From Nitrospirota bacterium (GTDB lineage Bacteria; Nitrospirota; Thermodesulfovibrionia; Thermodesulfovibrionales; JdFR-86): a stretch of DNA of 64,000 nucleotides. Of the stretch, positions 21,310 to 30,456 are shown one piece after another. The first letter of the stretch is position 1. Each line of letters starts with the position of its first letter. The stretch spans positions 1,424,081 through 1,488,080 of the forward strand of contig CAVRJY010000001.1 of the NCBI GenBank assembly GCA_963721805.1. The letters run 5' to 3'. The position numbers and the translations under genes are program-made. The notes beneath the pieces are model-generated. The model was not told the origin of the DNA, made no database searches, and saw nothing but the letters and a program-made list of their open reading frames with translations.

Positions 21310-21990
21310 ATGCGCGCGCGCGAAAGCGAGATAACTTACCGGCCCTCCGAGCACCGTGACAAGTACGAGGCCATCGCCCGCATATCTTCCCTCCTCGCCC
21401 ACAAGATAAACAACCCCCTTACCGTCATGACCAACTACCTGTTCCTGCTGAAGCAGTCCTCGCAAGGCGATAATAATGCCCTGGGCATGCTAGGCAACAT
21501 AGAGGAGGGCGTACACCGCACGCGCGACATAATGCACGAATTCGTCGACGCCTCGAGGCCGTGCACCGGGCGCAGGGAGAAGATTCCCATAGATGACCTG
21601 ATCAGCGAGGCGATCAGTTGCCTCCGGGCCGGGATCGGGGGGGTCGCGTTCAGCCTCGAACTGCCCGAGGGTCAGCGGATCAGAGCCGAGCGCGAAGGGC
21701 TCGTCTCGGCGCTCTCGATCATAATTACAAACGCCGTAGAATCCGGCACGGGGAAGGTCATAATCTCATCCGAACAGGACCAGCGGCGCAGCGTTATAAG
21801 GGTCAGGGATTTCGGCCGGGGCATACCTCCTGAGAACATCAGCCATGTCTTCGAGCCTTTTTTCACCACGCTCGAAGCCCACCTTGGCCTCGGCCTTTAC
21901 AGGGCATACCATATAGTGCAGTCACTCGGCGGGTCCATATGGTGCAGGTCCTGGGATTCGGGCTCTGAGTTCGTCATCGAGCTCCTATAG
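21310..21990 (+). CDS. cytoplasmic histidine kinase (HisKA + HATPase_c, no sensor or TM domain)
   Basis: H-box SSLLAHKINNPL, plus DFGRGIP and GLGLY boxes. Confidence 0.8.
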   Translation: MRARESEITYRPSEHRDKYEAIARISSLLAHKINNPLTVMTNYLFLLKQSSQGDNNALGMLGNIEEGVHRTRDIMHEFVDASRPCTGRREKIPIDDLISEAISCLRAGIGGVAFSLELPEGQRIRAEREGLVSALSIIITNAVESGTGKVIISSEQDQRRSVIRVRDFGRGIPPENISHVFEPFFTTLEAHLGLGLYRAYHIVQSLGGSIWCRSWDSGSEFVIELL

Positions 21991-22096
21991 AATCAAATCT
22001 CAGGGAAAACTCCGCCTGTCCACCTCTGTCTGTCCATAAAACGCACAACTGTACAATTAGTGGTCGCCACTGATCTCATGAATCCCTTGATTAATA

Positions 22097-22125
22097 TGGC
22101 ATTAGACTTGGCAGGCGAATTGCAT
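22097..22125 (+). promoter_or_regulatory. sigma-54 (-24/-12) promoter, two overlapping candidates
   Basis: TGGCAGgcgaaTTGCAT at 22109-22125 has perfect spacing. A weaker TGGCATtagacTTGG starts at 22097. Both lie immediately upstream of GTG 22137. Confidence 0.5.
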
Positions 22126-22136
22126 TATCAAGGTTA

Positions 22137-22523
22137 GTGAAAAAGATACTGGTAGTAGATGACGAACGGGAAGTCAGGGAATCACTGGAGCGCGTGCTTG
22201 TGACGGCGGGTTACGAGGTCAAGACCCTGGCGTCAGCGCGCGAGGCTCTGAGCTACATTAAAGATAACCCTGTGGGGCTGCTTCTGGTAGACCTCTCAAT
22301 GCCGGGCATGAGCGGAGAGGATCTGCTAAAGCAGCTCCATAAAGAAGGAAACCTGCCCCCCTCGCTGGTTATAACTGCCATGGCGCCCTGGCAGACGCTG
22401 GGGGTAATAGAATACGGCATCGGGTATATCAGGAAGCCAATAGACAACGACATTTTGTTCCCCATCATAGAGAGCATGATGCGAAAGGAGTCTAAGAATG
22501 AAGAAGTTTCGTGTGCTGGCTGA
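22137..22523 (+). CDS. single-domain response regulator (receiver only)
   Basis: VKKILVVDDEREV...LLLVDLSMPGMSG. Confidence 0.85.
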   Translation: MKKILVVDDEREVRESLERVLVTAGYEVKTLASAREALSYIKDNPVGLLLVDLSMPGMSGEDLLKQLHKEGNLPPSLVITAMAPWQTLGVIEYGIGYIRKPIDNDILFPIIESMMRKESKNEEVSCAG

Positions 22524-22782
22524 GATGATAATCCTACAGGCACTGGAAGACCTCACGCATCCCAGGCGCAGCGCAGAGGCCGTTGAGTTTTTCTCCGGCA
22601 ACGATTTCATAAAGGTCGCGCGCGCGGCCGGCATGGACCAGGACCAGACGCTCAAGATGCTCGAGTACGTCTGCAAGGTATACCAGGACCTGAAATCGAT
22701 AAAACAAAGGCATGATTCGCAAAAGGCAGACAGGGTCAGAACCTCCCCTCGGGCCCTGTCTGCTCCCTCCCTCGCATATTAG
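22498..22782 (+). CDS. hypothetical protein
   Basis: 94-aa ORF that overlaps the end of the receiver gene. No motif recognised. Confidence 0.4.
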   Translation: MKKFRVLAEMIILQALEDLTHPRRSAEAVEFFSGNDFIKVARAAGMDQDQTLKMLEYVCKVYQDLKSIKQRHDSQKADRVRTSPRALSAPSLAY

Positions 22783-22868
22783 GAAACAGGGCGGATAGCA
22801 TGGGCCAGGCGCCCGGCTATCCGCCCTTTCCTTGATGTTTTCCGGTGTTGCTGATATGATACCCACTG

Positions 22869-24059
22869 ATGCCCGACCCATTATCTTTATTACGCAAAGA
22901 CCGCCTCGTCCGCAAGGTATTCTCGCTATCAGGCCCTGAGGAGATCTACCTGGTCGGCGGATACCTCCGAGACGTGCTCGCAAGCGGCAGGCGCTCAAAC
23001 GACCTCGATTTCACGGTAAAGGCGGACTATCACGGCGTCGCGTGCGACGTCGCCGCGAAGATCAACGGGAAGGCCATCGCGCTCAAAAAAGAATCCCTGA
23101 CCCGCGTGGTCACGGAGGGGCGGGAGATCCTGGACTTCACCCCCATGCAGGGCGGGAGCATCGAGGCTGACCTCCGGGCTCGCGACTTCAGGATGAACGC
23201 GGTCGCGTGGTCCCCCTCCAGCGGTCTCGTGGACGTCACCGGCGGCGCCGACGATATCCGGTTAGGCCGGATCTCAGCGATATCAAAGGAAAACCTGATC
23301 TCGGACCCCTTGCGGGTGCTCAGGGCATACAGGTTCCACTCGGAACTCGGGTGGGCAATCGTGCCCGCCACCCGCAGGATGCTCAAGGAGCTGGCACCGC
23401 TGCTGGCCCAACCGGCAAGTGAAAGAATCACCTTAGAGTTGATCAAGACCGCATGCTCGGCAGGCACCCTTAAGACGCTTAAAATCGCCCATAAGGATGG
23501 CGTCATAAGGGAGTTAATATTCAATGGTAACAGCCAGTTAGACAATAACCTTAAACTGATTTCGAGAATTTACGAAAGACTTAGTGAGATTCCTCAACAG
23601 GACATTAATTTTATCTACCCTCAGGGGCTGACATATCCAGGATTACTCGTGATCGAGGCGCTCATGCTCGGCTCCACCGGGCACCGTCTGGCCCTGAGCC
23701 GGGAGGTCAGCGAAAGGCTTCGAACCGTGAGCACGATGTACCCGGAATATAGGGCGCTGGGAAGACGCCCGGAACCGGATCGGCTGTTTGAGCTGTTCAG
23801 GGGTGCGAGGGACACCGCGCTCGACCTATTGATACTTTCTGAAAACCAGGGGTTGATACCCGAGTTATTGAGGTATCGGAAAATTGACAAAAAACCGGTA
23901 ATCAGCCCAGTTAGGATTATGACGGCCACCGGACTTGAGCCCGACAGGGAGCTCGGAAGGGTGATCCTGGAGCTCAAGCTCCTTGAATTTAAAGGAGAAA
24001 TCACCTCGTTGCGAGACGCGCTGCGATACCTCAAGCCGGTTTATCTCGATTTAACATAA
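22869..24059 (+). CDS. class II tRNA nucleotidyltransferase / poly(A) polymerase family protein (CCA-adding type, no HD domain)
   Basis: LVGGYLRD, NDLDF, RDFRMNA and DPLRVLRAYRF. The motif D glutamate is replaced (SDPLR). Confidence 0.75.
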   Translation: MPDPLSLLRKDRLVRKVFSLSGPEEIYLVGGYLRDVLASGRRSNDLDFTVKADYHGVACDVAAKINGKAIALKKESLTRVVTEGREILDFTPMQGGSIEADLRARDFRMNAVAWSPSSGLVDVTGGADDIRLGRISAISKENLISDPLRVLRAYRFHSELGWAIVPATRRMLKELAPLLAQPASERITLELIKTACSAGTLKTLKIAHKDGVIRELIFNGNSQLDNNLKLISRIYERLSEIPQQDINFIYPQGLTYPGLLVIEALMLGSTGHRLALSREVSERLRTVSTMYPEYRALGRRPEPDRLFELFRGARDTALDLLILSENQGLIPELLRYRKIDKKPVISPVRIMTATGLEPDRELGRVILELKLLEFKGEITSLRDALRYLKPVYLDLT

Positions 24060-24205
24060 TATATCTTATCGGACATTGGCTGTAAACCGGTAATGTTAAG
24101 AATGTGTTAATCCGCGTGCCCAGCGCATACCCTTACTGGCCTATTCATTGGTCAGCCGCCCTGTACAATGATTATGCACAGCGTTATCTCTTATATATCA
24201 CTAGG

Positions 24206-25438
24206 TTACGAGCTATTTAAGGGGTCTGCAACGAGCATTCCCCCATCGAGGCCGACAATCGCTGCCGTGACCACGCGGCCGCGGCAATAATCCCCGCCCG
24301 CAACCCGGACTTTCAAGTAATTGTCCGATGTTCCGGTGGAGGCGCCGCGCCCGTCGGCTCTCTCTATAAGAATGGCAAGCGTTTGGCCGAGTTGCAACTT
24401 GCGATAACCCTGTTTCTTGGCATCAGATATCGCTCTGAGCTCGGAGGTCCTGCGGTTTCTCATTGCGCCGCCTACGGAATCCTTGATCTTAGCGGCATCT
24501 GTGCCGGCCCGTGGGGAGAACGGAAAGACGTGCATATAGGTAAATGGCAAATCCTTCAACAGTTTCACGGTGTTACGGTGCATCTCCTCGTCCTCGGACG
24601 GGAACCCGGCTATCACGTCCGTCCCCAGCGCGATCGCGCCGAGCCTCCCGGTGACCCGCTCGACGGTCTGTCTGAACTGACGAGTGTCATACCGCCGCCG
24701 CATCTGGCGCAAGATTTCATCGTCCCCGGCCTGAAGCGGGAGGTGCAGGTGCCTGCATATCCGGGGATCGGCTAGCAACTCAAGGAGCCGGTCGTCGATC
24801 TCCGTAACCTCTAGCGAGCTGAGTCTGAACCTTGCCCCGCTGGTGCCCTTGAGCAGCGTCTCGATCAGGTCGGCTAATTTCACTTTATAATCAAGCCCAT
24901 ACTGGCCGAGGTGGATGCCCGTGAGCACGATCTCCTCAAACCCGGCCTCTATTGCCCGCGATGCCTCGGCTACCACGGCCTCGAGCGCAACGCTCCTGGA
25001 GCGGCCCCTGGCGGCCGGGATCACGCAGTAGCTGCATGAGTTGTTGCAGCCGTCCTGGACCTTGAGCGCATACCTGCTACGGTCGCCAATAGATAAAGTG
25101 TTACATTTATCATTATCGATAAACTCAGCGATAGATAGCATTTTATCCTTATTGCTGACGATCCGCTCAACCCCGCCGATACGAAGGATCTCATCGGGGT
25201 TGAGCTCGGCGTAGCAGCCGGTCGCGATCACGCGACCGCCCGAGCGCGTGGCGCGCCTGATCAGCTGCCGGGACTGGTAATCCGCCTTGTTCGTGACGGT
25301 GCAGGTGTTGACGATGCAGAAGTCGGGGTGCTCGTGGATATCGACGATCTCGTGGCCCGAGGCAGAGAGTTCGGCACGCATGCGGCTCACCTCGGCCTGA
25401 TTGACCTTGCATCCGAGGGTGAGGAGCGCGAACCTCAT
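24206..25438 (-). CDS. mtaB: tRNA t6A37 methylthiotransferase (radical SAM)
   Basis: Start taken at MRFALLTLGCKVNQAE (ATG 25436-25438). CNNSCSYC radical-SAM motif. The ORF-track N-terminal extension overlaps miaB. Confidence 0.85.
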   Translation of the reverse strand: MRFALLTLGCKVNQAEVSRMRAELSASGHEIVDIHEHPDFCIVNTCTVTNKADYQSRQLIRRATRSGGRVIATGCYAELNPDEILRIGGVERIVSNKDKMLSIAEFIDNDKCNTLSIGDRSRYALKVQDGCNNSCSYCVIPAARGRSRSVALEAVVAEASRAIEAGFEEIVLTGIHLGQYGLDYKVKLADLIETLLKGTSGARFRLSSLEVTEIDDRLLELLADPRICRHLHLPLQAGDDEILRQMRRRYDTRQFRQTVERVTGRLGAIALGTDVIAGFPSEDEEMHRNTVKLLKDLPFTYMHVFPFSPRAGTDAAKIKDSVGGAMRNRRTSELRAISDAKKQGYRKLQLGQTLAILIERADGRGASTGTSDNYLKVRVAGGDYCRGRVVTAAIVGLDGGMLVADPLNSS

Positions 25439-25439
25439 C

Positions 25440-26740
25440 TCAGAGAGGCAACCTGCCGTCCAGGGAGTGACGCCTGGCGCGGACGATCTCGACGTGGACG
25501 GTCTGGTTGATAAGCGCGGGGTCGCCCGGGAGGTTGACGACCTTGTTGGTGCGGGTGCGGCCGGTAAGCATAGCGGGGTCGGTCTCGCTCGGGCCCTCGA
25601 CGAGCACTTCGAGCACCGAGCCGACGAGCGGGATGTTAATCTCGAGCGTGATAGCATCCTGAAGCTCGAGTATCTCGCCCAGCCTCGCGGACGAGACCGC
25701 CTCGTCGAGCTGGCCATCCATAGTGGCGGCCTTGGTGCCCGGCCGGGGTGAGTACTTGAATGCGAATATGCCGTCGTACCGGACCTCGCGGAGCATACGC
25801 ACGGTGTCTTGGTGGTCCGCGTCCGTCTCGCCGGGGAACCCGGCTATGATGTCGGTCGTGAGGGCGATACTCGGCACCCTGGCCCGGAGTCGCCTGACCT
25901 TGTCGAGGTATGCCTCGGCGGTATACCCCCGGTTCATTAACCGCAGTATGCGGGTCGAGCCGGACTGCATCGGCAGGTGCAGGTGCTCGCAGAGCTTCGG
26001 AAGCTCGGCTATCGCGTCGATGAGCGCATCCGAGAGGTCGCGGGGGTGAGAGGTTACGAACCTCACGCGCTCGATCCCCCCTACCCGGTCTATCGCCCTG
26101 AGCAGGGAAGGGAAGTCCAGGTCGCTCTTGTATGAGTTGACGTTCTGTCCGAGCAGCGTCACCTCTTTGCATCCGTCGCGACCCAGGGCCTCGATCTCGA
26201 CGATGATGCTCCGCAGACGGGCGGCTGCGCTCGCGGCCGCGCGTGTATGGCACTATGCAGTAGCTAGCAGAAGTTGTTGCAGCCGTACATGATCGAGACC
26301 CATGCGCGCGCCCTATCCTTCCGGCTGACCGGAAGCTCCATCAGCGCGATCTCGGGATTGTCCTCGACCGCTATGCCGGTCGTGGCCGCAAGCAGCCCCG
26401 GCAGGGTATGGAGGTTCTGGGGGCCGATCACGTAGTCCACGACGCCCTCGACCGACTGAAACAGCTTGTCGCCCATCTGCTGGGCTATGCAGCCGGCGGC
26501 GACGACCTTGAGATCGGGGCGCTGCTTCTTGATGGCCTTGAGGCGGCCCAGTTCGCTCATGAACTTCTGTTCGGCCTTCTGGCGGATGGAGCAGGTATTG
26601 AAGACTATAATGTCGGCATCCTCGTATGAGCCGGTCTCGGTGTGGCCCTCGTTCATTAGCAACCCGGCCATCTTTTCGGAATCGTGGACGTTCATTTGGC
26701 AGCCGAAGGTATGGATGTGAAATCGTTTCCCGTTACTCAT
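25440..26740 (-). pseudogene. miaB: tRNA i6A37 methylthiotransferase MiaB, needs two 1-nt frame corrections (near 26263 and 26208)
   Basis: 26264..26740 ends ...IMYGCNNFC*. A second frame reads SYCIVPYTRGRERSRPSAE. A third frame reads IIVEIEALGRDGCKEVTLLGQNVNSYK and runs to the stop at 25440. Confidence 0.85.
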
Positions 26741-26792
26741 AACCAGATATTATCTCAAATGGGGGCTGGGTATCGCAATTGAAGCCCTTTCT

Positions 26793-26916
26793 GAAAGCGC
26801 GCGAAACTCGCGTGATACGTTGTCACGGCTCGAAAGCCGCTCCCTCGGAGTACATCACGGTACACCTGCGGTCGGCTTTCTCGCCGTTCCTAGTCTGACA
26901 CGATTTCTCGCGCTTT
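26793..26916. repeat. ~124-nt imperfect palindromic element, copy 1 (inverted relative to 32378..32500)
   Basis: The reverse complement aligns by hand with 32378..32500, with about 10 mismatches and 3 one-nt gaps. The termini AAAGCGCG..CGCGCTTT are self-complementary. Confidence 0.8.
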
Positions 26917-27008
26917 GCGGGGTTAGACGCGGCACAGCCGCTGGACCCCGCACCCCAAGGTCAACGGCTTTAATTGGATAGCCATGGTGTAGAGAGTTAT
27001 ACTAAGCC

Positions 27009-27805
27009 ATGATCCACTGGATACGAGACCACAGGCGCGCGGAACTAAGAAAGCGGCCGTTCCCGGCTGAATGGGAGGCGATAGTGCGCCGAAACGTGGC
27101 GCACTACTGCGTGCTGGACGACGCGGAGCGCGCCGAACTTCAGGCGATGATGCAGGTATTCATCGAGGAGAAGCACTGGGAGGGCTGTGGCGGCCTTGAA
27201 CTCACCGAGGAGATGAGGTGATCATCGCGGCGCAGGCCTGCCTGTTGCAGCTCGGGCTAGCGCATGACTATTACCGCAATGTGCAGTCGATCCTTGTCTA
27301 TCCCTCGACCGTGGTGCCGCCGGAGTATCACCCCGGGGTGTTCGAGCGGGTGGACGGCCCGGTGGCCTCTCCGGTTCCCTTATTAGGTCAGGCATTCAGC
27401 CAGGGGCCGGTGATACTGGTCTGGGACGCGGTCTTGCGCGGTGCGCGCCACCCGGAACAGGGGCATAATCTTGTCTATCATGAGTTCAGCCACAAGCTCG
27501 ACATGCTGGACGGTGCCGCTGACGGCACGCCGCCGATAGCGGACAAGGCCCAGTTCGCGGAGTGGGTGGTGGTGTGCTCCAGAGAGTTCCTGCGGCTTAG
27601 GGGCCTTGCCGCCAAGGGACATAAGACGTTCCTCGACTCATACGGCGCTACAAACGAGGCCGAGTTCTTCGCGGTCGCGACTGAGGAGTTCTTCGACAGG
27701 CCGCTTGCACTTAAAGAACATGCCCCGGCGCTATACCATGTCCTGAGCGCCTACTACCGCCAAGACCCGGCGGGACGCGTCAACCGCACCTGTCCCATTA
27801 AGTAG
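27009..27805 (+). pseudogene. mtfA: MtfA-like zinc metallopeptidase (M90), 1-nt frameshift near 27218
   Basis: 27009..27221 ends LELTEEMR*, and 27218..27805 continues VIIAAQACLL...YHEFSHKLD...NEAEFFAVATEEFF. One missing G in AGG(G)TG would join them. Confidence 0.8.
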
Positions 27806-27822
27806 TTGGTGATGTTAATACG

Positions 27823-27952
27823 CTAACTCAAAAAATCTTCAACATTTTTTTCGAGCCAAGACATGCAAGCTCGGAAATGTGCTAGATCATCATCAGATAT
27901 ATTCTTAGCGTGTGCGTCAATCCTATGTTTATTTATAACCTTCATCTTTAAC
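27823..27952 (-). pseudogene. detached 3-prime fragment of the AT-rich NTPase gene (HEPN-like motif region)
   Basis: My translation is WFSLKMKVINKHRIDAHAKNISDDDLAHFRACMSWLEKNVEDFLS*. It is AT-rich like 28545..30422 and is separated from that gene only by the IS200/IS605 element. Confidence 0.6.
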
Positions 27953-27970
27953 GAAAACCATGCCAGTATG

Positions 27971-27990
27971 CCCCGTGGCTTGCCACGGGG
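27971..27990. repeat. IS200/IS605 left-end hairpin CCCCGTGGCTTGCCACGGGG
   Basis: Perfect palindrome, identical to 28521..28540. Confidence 0.8.
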
Positions 27991-28074
27991 ATGAATGGCA
28001 TCCCTGCCGGGGGGATGTAAGGGGGGCTGGAAGTCCCCCTTTCCCGCCGAGGCAATTGCGGGCTATCATGAGGC

Positions 28075-28506
28075 ATGGGGTTACGCAGGACGAGTCACGC
28101 TGTATATGACACCGGGTACCATCTGGTATGGTGTCCTAAGTATCGCAAGAGACTGTTCGCGCAAAGTTACATGCGCGAGCGGTGCGCGGAACTTTTCAGG
28201 GAGATAGCTGAAGAGTATGAATATGAGATAGTGGAGATGGAAGTGGCGGAGGACCATGTGCATATATTTCTATCGTTCCCGCCACGGTACTCGATAGGGG
28301 TGGTGGTCAGAACCCTGAAAAGTATCAGCGCCCGTGAGCTGTTCAAGCAATACCCATCGCTGAGGCAAAGACTATGGAAGGGTGAGCTGTGGGAGGATGG
28401 GTACTTTGCGCGGACAGTCGGGGACAGCTTGACCTCGGAAATGATCCGCAAATACATACGCGGCCACAGAGCAGAGAAGCAATTGCCTGCGCAGCTGGAC
28501 TTATAG
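28075..28506 (+). CDS. tnpA: IS200/IS605-family Y1 (HUH) transposase TnpA
   Basis: YHLVWCPKYRKRLF, HVHIFLSFPP (HUH) and a C-terminal MIRKYIRGH tyrosine. Confidence 0.9.
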   Translation: MGLRRTSHAVYDTGYHLVWCPKYRKRLFAQSYMRERCAELFREIAEEYEYEIVEMEVAEDHVHIFLSFPPRYSIGVVVRTLKSISARELFKQYPSLRQRLWKGELWEDGYFARTVGDSLTSEMIRKYIRGHRAEKQLPAQLDL

Positions 28507-28520
28507 CTGCGCCACGGATG

Positions 28521-28540
28521 CCCCGTGGCTTGCCACGGGG
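28521..28540. repeat. IS200/IS605 right-end hairpin CCCCGTGGCTTGCCACGGGG
   Basis: Identical to 27971..27990. Confidence 0.8.
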
Positions 28541-28544
28541 AGCT

Positions 28545-30422
28545 TCACTCAAAATCGCTAAGATCTTTGCCGAATATGTTTTTGAAGGTCGGCCATTCTT
28601 TTGAAATAATATTTGTCAAATCTCGAAAGTAAATTTCACAAATATTGGGGTCGAATAAATCCTTATAAGAAATTGCTTGATATTTCTTTGATCTAGGTTC
28701 GGCATATATTTTTAAGACATTTGCTTTTGCTTTATTTTGACCTAATTGTGCTAAGAGTTGTGATTTGATTATTTTCCTGATTTTGGGTTCAATAAGATTT
28801 CTTCTCTCGGAAATCTCACTAATTTTTTCTTCTTTTGTTAGTTTCATTTTTTTAAATTTATTTTTCTTAAGGAGGTATTTGTTAATTGCATCAATTCTAA
28901 AATCATATTGTCCGCGCTGATTCTTCTCAATAATGCCATATCCTATTAAGTGATTAGTATATTCAGGTGAATTTTCAGCTAAGGTATGGAAGAAATCAAT
29001 GTCGCCCAGAGCTAGTTGTTTTAACATTTCGTATTCGTCAGGATAATTCCTTTCTAACACGTCTAAAACCATTTCAAAGTAGTCAGAGTGTCTATCCTCG
29101 AATTCTTGTTTGCAATTGTTGTATAAAATTCTGTCAATATTAGTTGGGCGATCTCCATTACTATTCAGATGGATATAACTGCATAGTTGTCTAATTAAGA
29201 ATGGATGTCCGCCATAGTCCTCTGTTAATTTTGCAAATAATACATCATCAAATCTCAAGCCCATAAAGTTACCAAGTTTGGAAACCATATCTTGAGTTTG
29301 AGATACACCGAATCTTTCAATATAATAAAATGGAACTGAGTTATAGATTGGGTTGTCTTTTCCATTAATACTTGATTTTTCGACACACATAGGATTGGTT
29401 CCTACTATGCAATATGAAAAGATATTATCCAGCGCTTGAAAAGATGATCGAATAGACTGCCAGAAGAAAATAAAGTCGTTGTCGTGAGCCCAATGAGTTG
29501 ATGCTGAAATGTTGAAGGTTATATTCTCAATCTCATCGAAAAAAATCAGTATTTGTTTATCGCCAAGTTTTCTATGTAACTTCTGAATATCTTCTCTAAA
29601 GAGTATCGCAGCGTTTTTTTCTGTATATTCATTTTCTGGTCTTATTTCGGTTGACAGATGAAAAGTATCTTTCAATTTGTTAACAATAAAATGCAACGCT
29701 TCATTCCATCGTCTCCTATTAAAAGACGTGTCCTGACAATCAATAACAATTGAAACATCTTCATCTCTAGCAAGCGCTCGCTGGACGCCATAAATTACAG
29801 ATGTTTTACCTGATTTTCTTAAGCCAAATAATCCAGAGTTTTCATTGGAGTGATGTCGACTAATTATGTCATGCACAATATCTCTTCTGCCAAAGAAATA
29901 TAAATCCTTTTTTAGGGCTGATTGGAAGGAAAATAGATCGCGCGAAAAAAAATGTTTCTTAAATCTATTAATTAGAAAGAACGAGTCGTCATTGCTTTGA
30001 AGCTCATCATAAGAAAAAGGCACAACAATCTGGAGTTCTTTGTCTTGCATCAATAGGTCAGAGATTTTTGATCCTATATTGTTGTCCTTGCTAATGAAAA
30101 CACTACAGATTCTTTCAATGCGCAAAGTCTGATGCATCTTTACTACTTCATCAATTGAATCTAATGCCCTTGGCTCAAAATCAGGATATGCGCTAAAAAT
30201 AACAATGATTTCCCTTTCGATATTAAACATTTCGCTATAATGTTGAGTCGCCTTCATTAGTAGGTAGTTATAGCTGCTTTTTATTTTGTTTCCCATCGTA
30301 ACTGTACCACTTCTTGTAACATACCATTCTTTAGAAAGCTTACCTATCACTTGTTGCTCCTCTGAAGTAAATCCATACAATTTAACTTGAGGATGACGTC
30401 CCGGTACGACGACTCTATTCAC
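28545..30422 (-). CDS. AT-rich P-loop NTPase (Arch_ATPase/STAND-like) with unknown N-terminal domain; C-terminal HEPN-like region truncated by IS insertion
   Basis: FFGRRD..GLFGLRKSGKTS (Walker A) and ILIFFDEIEN (Walker B). GGGAGG RBS before GTG 30422. G+C was about 32-37% in sampled lines. Confidence 0.75.
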   Translation of the reverse strand: MNRVVVPGRHPQVKLYGFTSEEQQVIGKLSKEWYVTRSGTVTMGNKIKSSYNYLLMKATQHYSEMFNIEREIIVIFSAYPDFEPRALDSIDEVVKMHQTLRIERICSVFISKDNNIGSKISDLLMQDKELQIVVPFSYDELQSNDDSFFLINRFKKHFFSRDLFSFQSALKKDLYFFGRRDIVHDIISRHHSNENSGLFGLRKSGKTSVIYGVQRALARDEDVSIVIDCQDTSFNRRRWNEALHFIVNKLKDTFHLSTEIRPENEYTEKNAAILFREDIQKLHRKLGDKQILIFFDEIENITFNISASTHWAHDNDFIFFWQSIRSSFQALDNIFSYCIVGTNPMCVEKSSINGKDNPIYNSVPFYYIERFGVSQTQDMVSKLGNFMGLRFDDVLFAKLTEDYGGHPFLIRQLCSYIHLNSNGDRPTNIDRILYNNCKQEFEDRHSDYFEMVLDVLERNYPDEYEMLKQLALGDIDFFHTLAENSPEYTNHLIGYGIIEKNQRGQYDFRIDAINKYLLKKNKFKKMKLTKEEKISEISERRNLIEPKIRKIIKSQLLAQLGQNKAKANVLKIYAEPRSKKYQAISYKDLFDPNICEIYFRDLTNIISKEWPTFKNIFGKDLSDFE

Positions 30423-30456
30423 TTAAAGCCTCCCTATACAAATATTAAATAACAGT

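Larger units (their letters stand above)
27953..28552 (+). mobile_element. IS200/IS605-family insertion sequence (tnpA only); boundaries approximate
   Basis: Identical subterminal hairpins at 27971..27990 and 28521..28540. It is a GC-rich block inside AT-rich DNA. TTAAC precedes the left end and TCAA lies at the right end. Confidence 0.7.

Noticed and set aside
26958-26969. Shared 10-mer GGTCAACGGC just inside both palindromic repeat copies, as a possible extension of the inverted repeat.
   Set aside because: Flanking bases diverge, and its distance from the repeat differs (about 43 nt against 28 nt). I noted it in the finding but did not annotate it as a feature.
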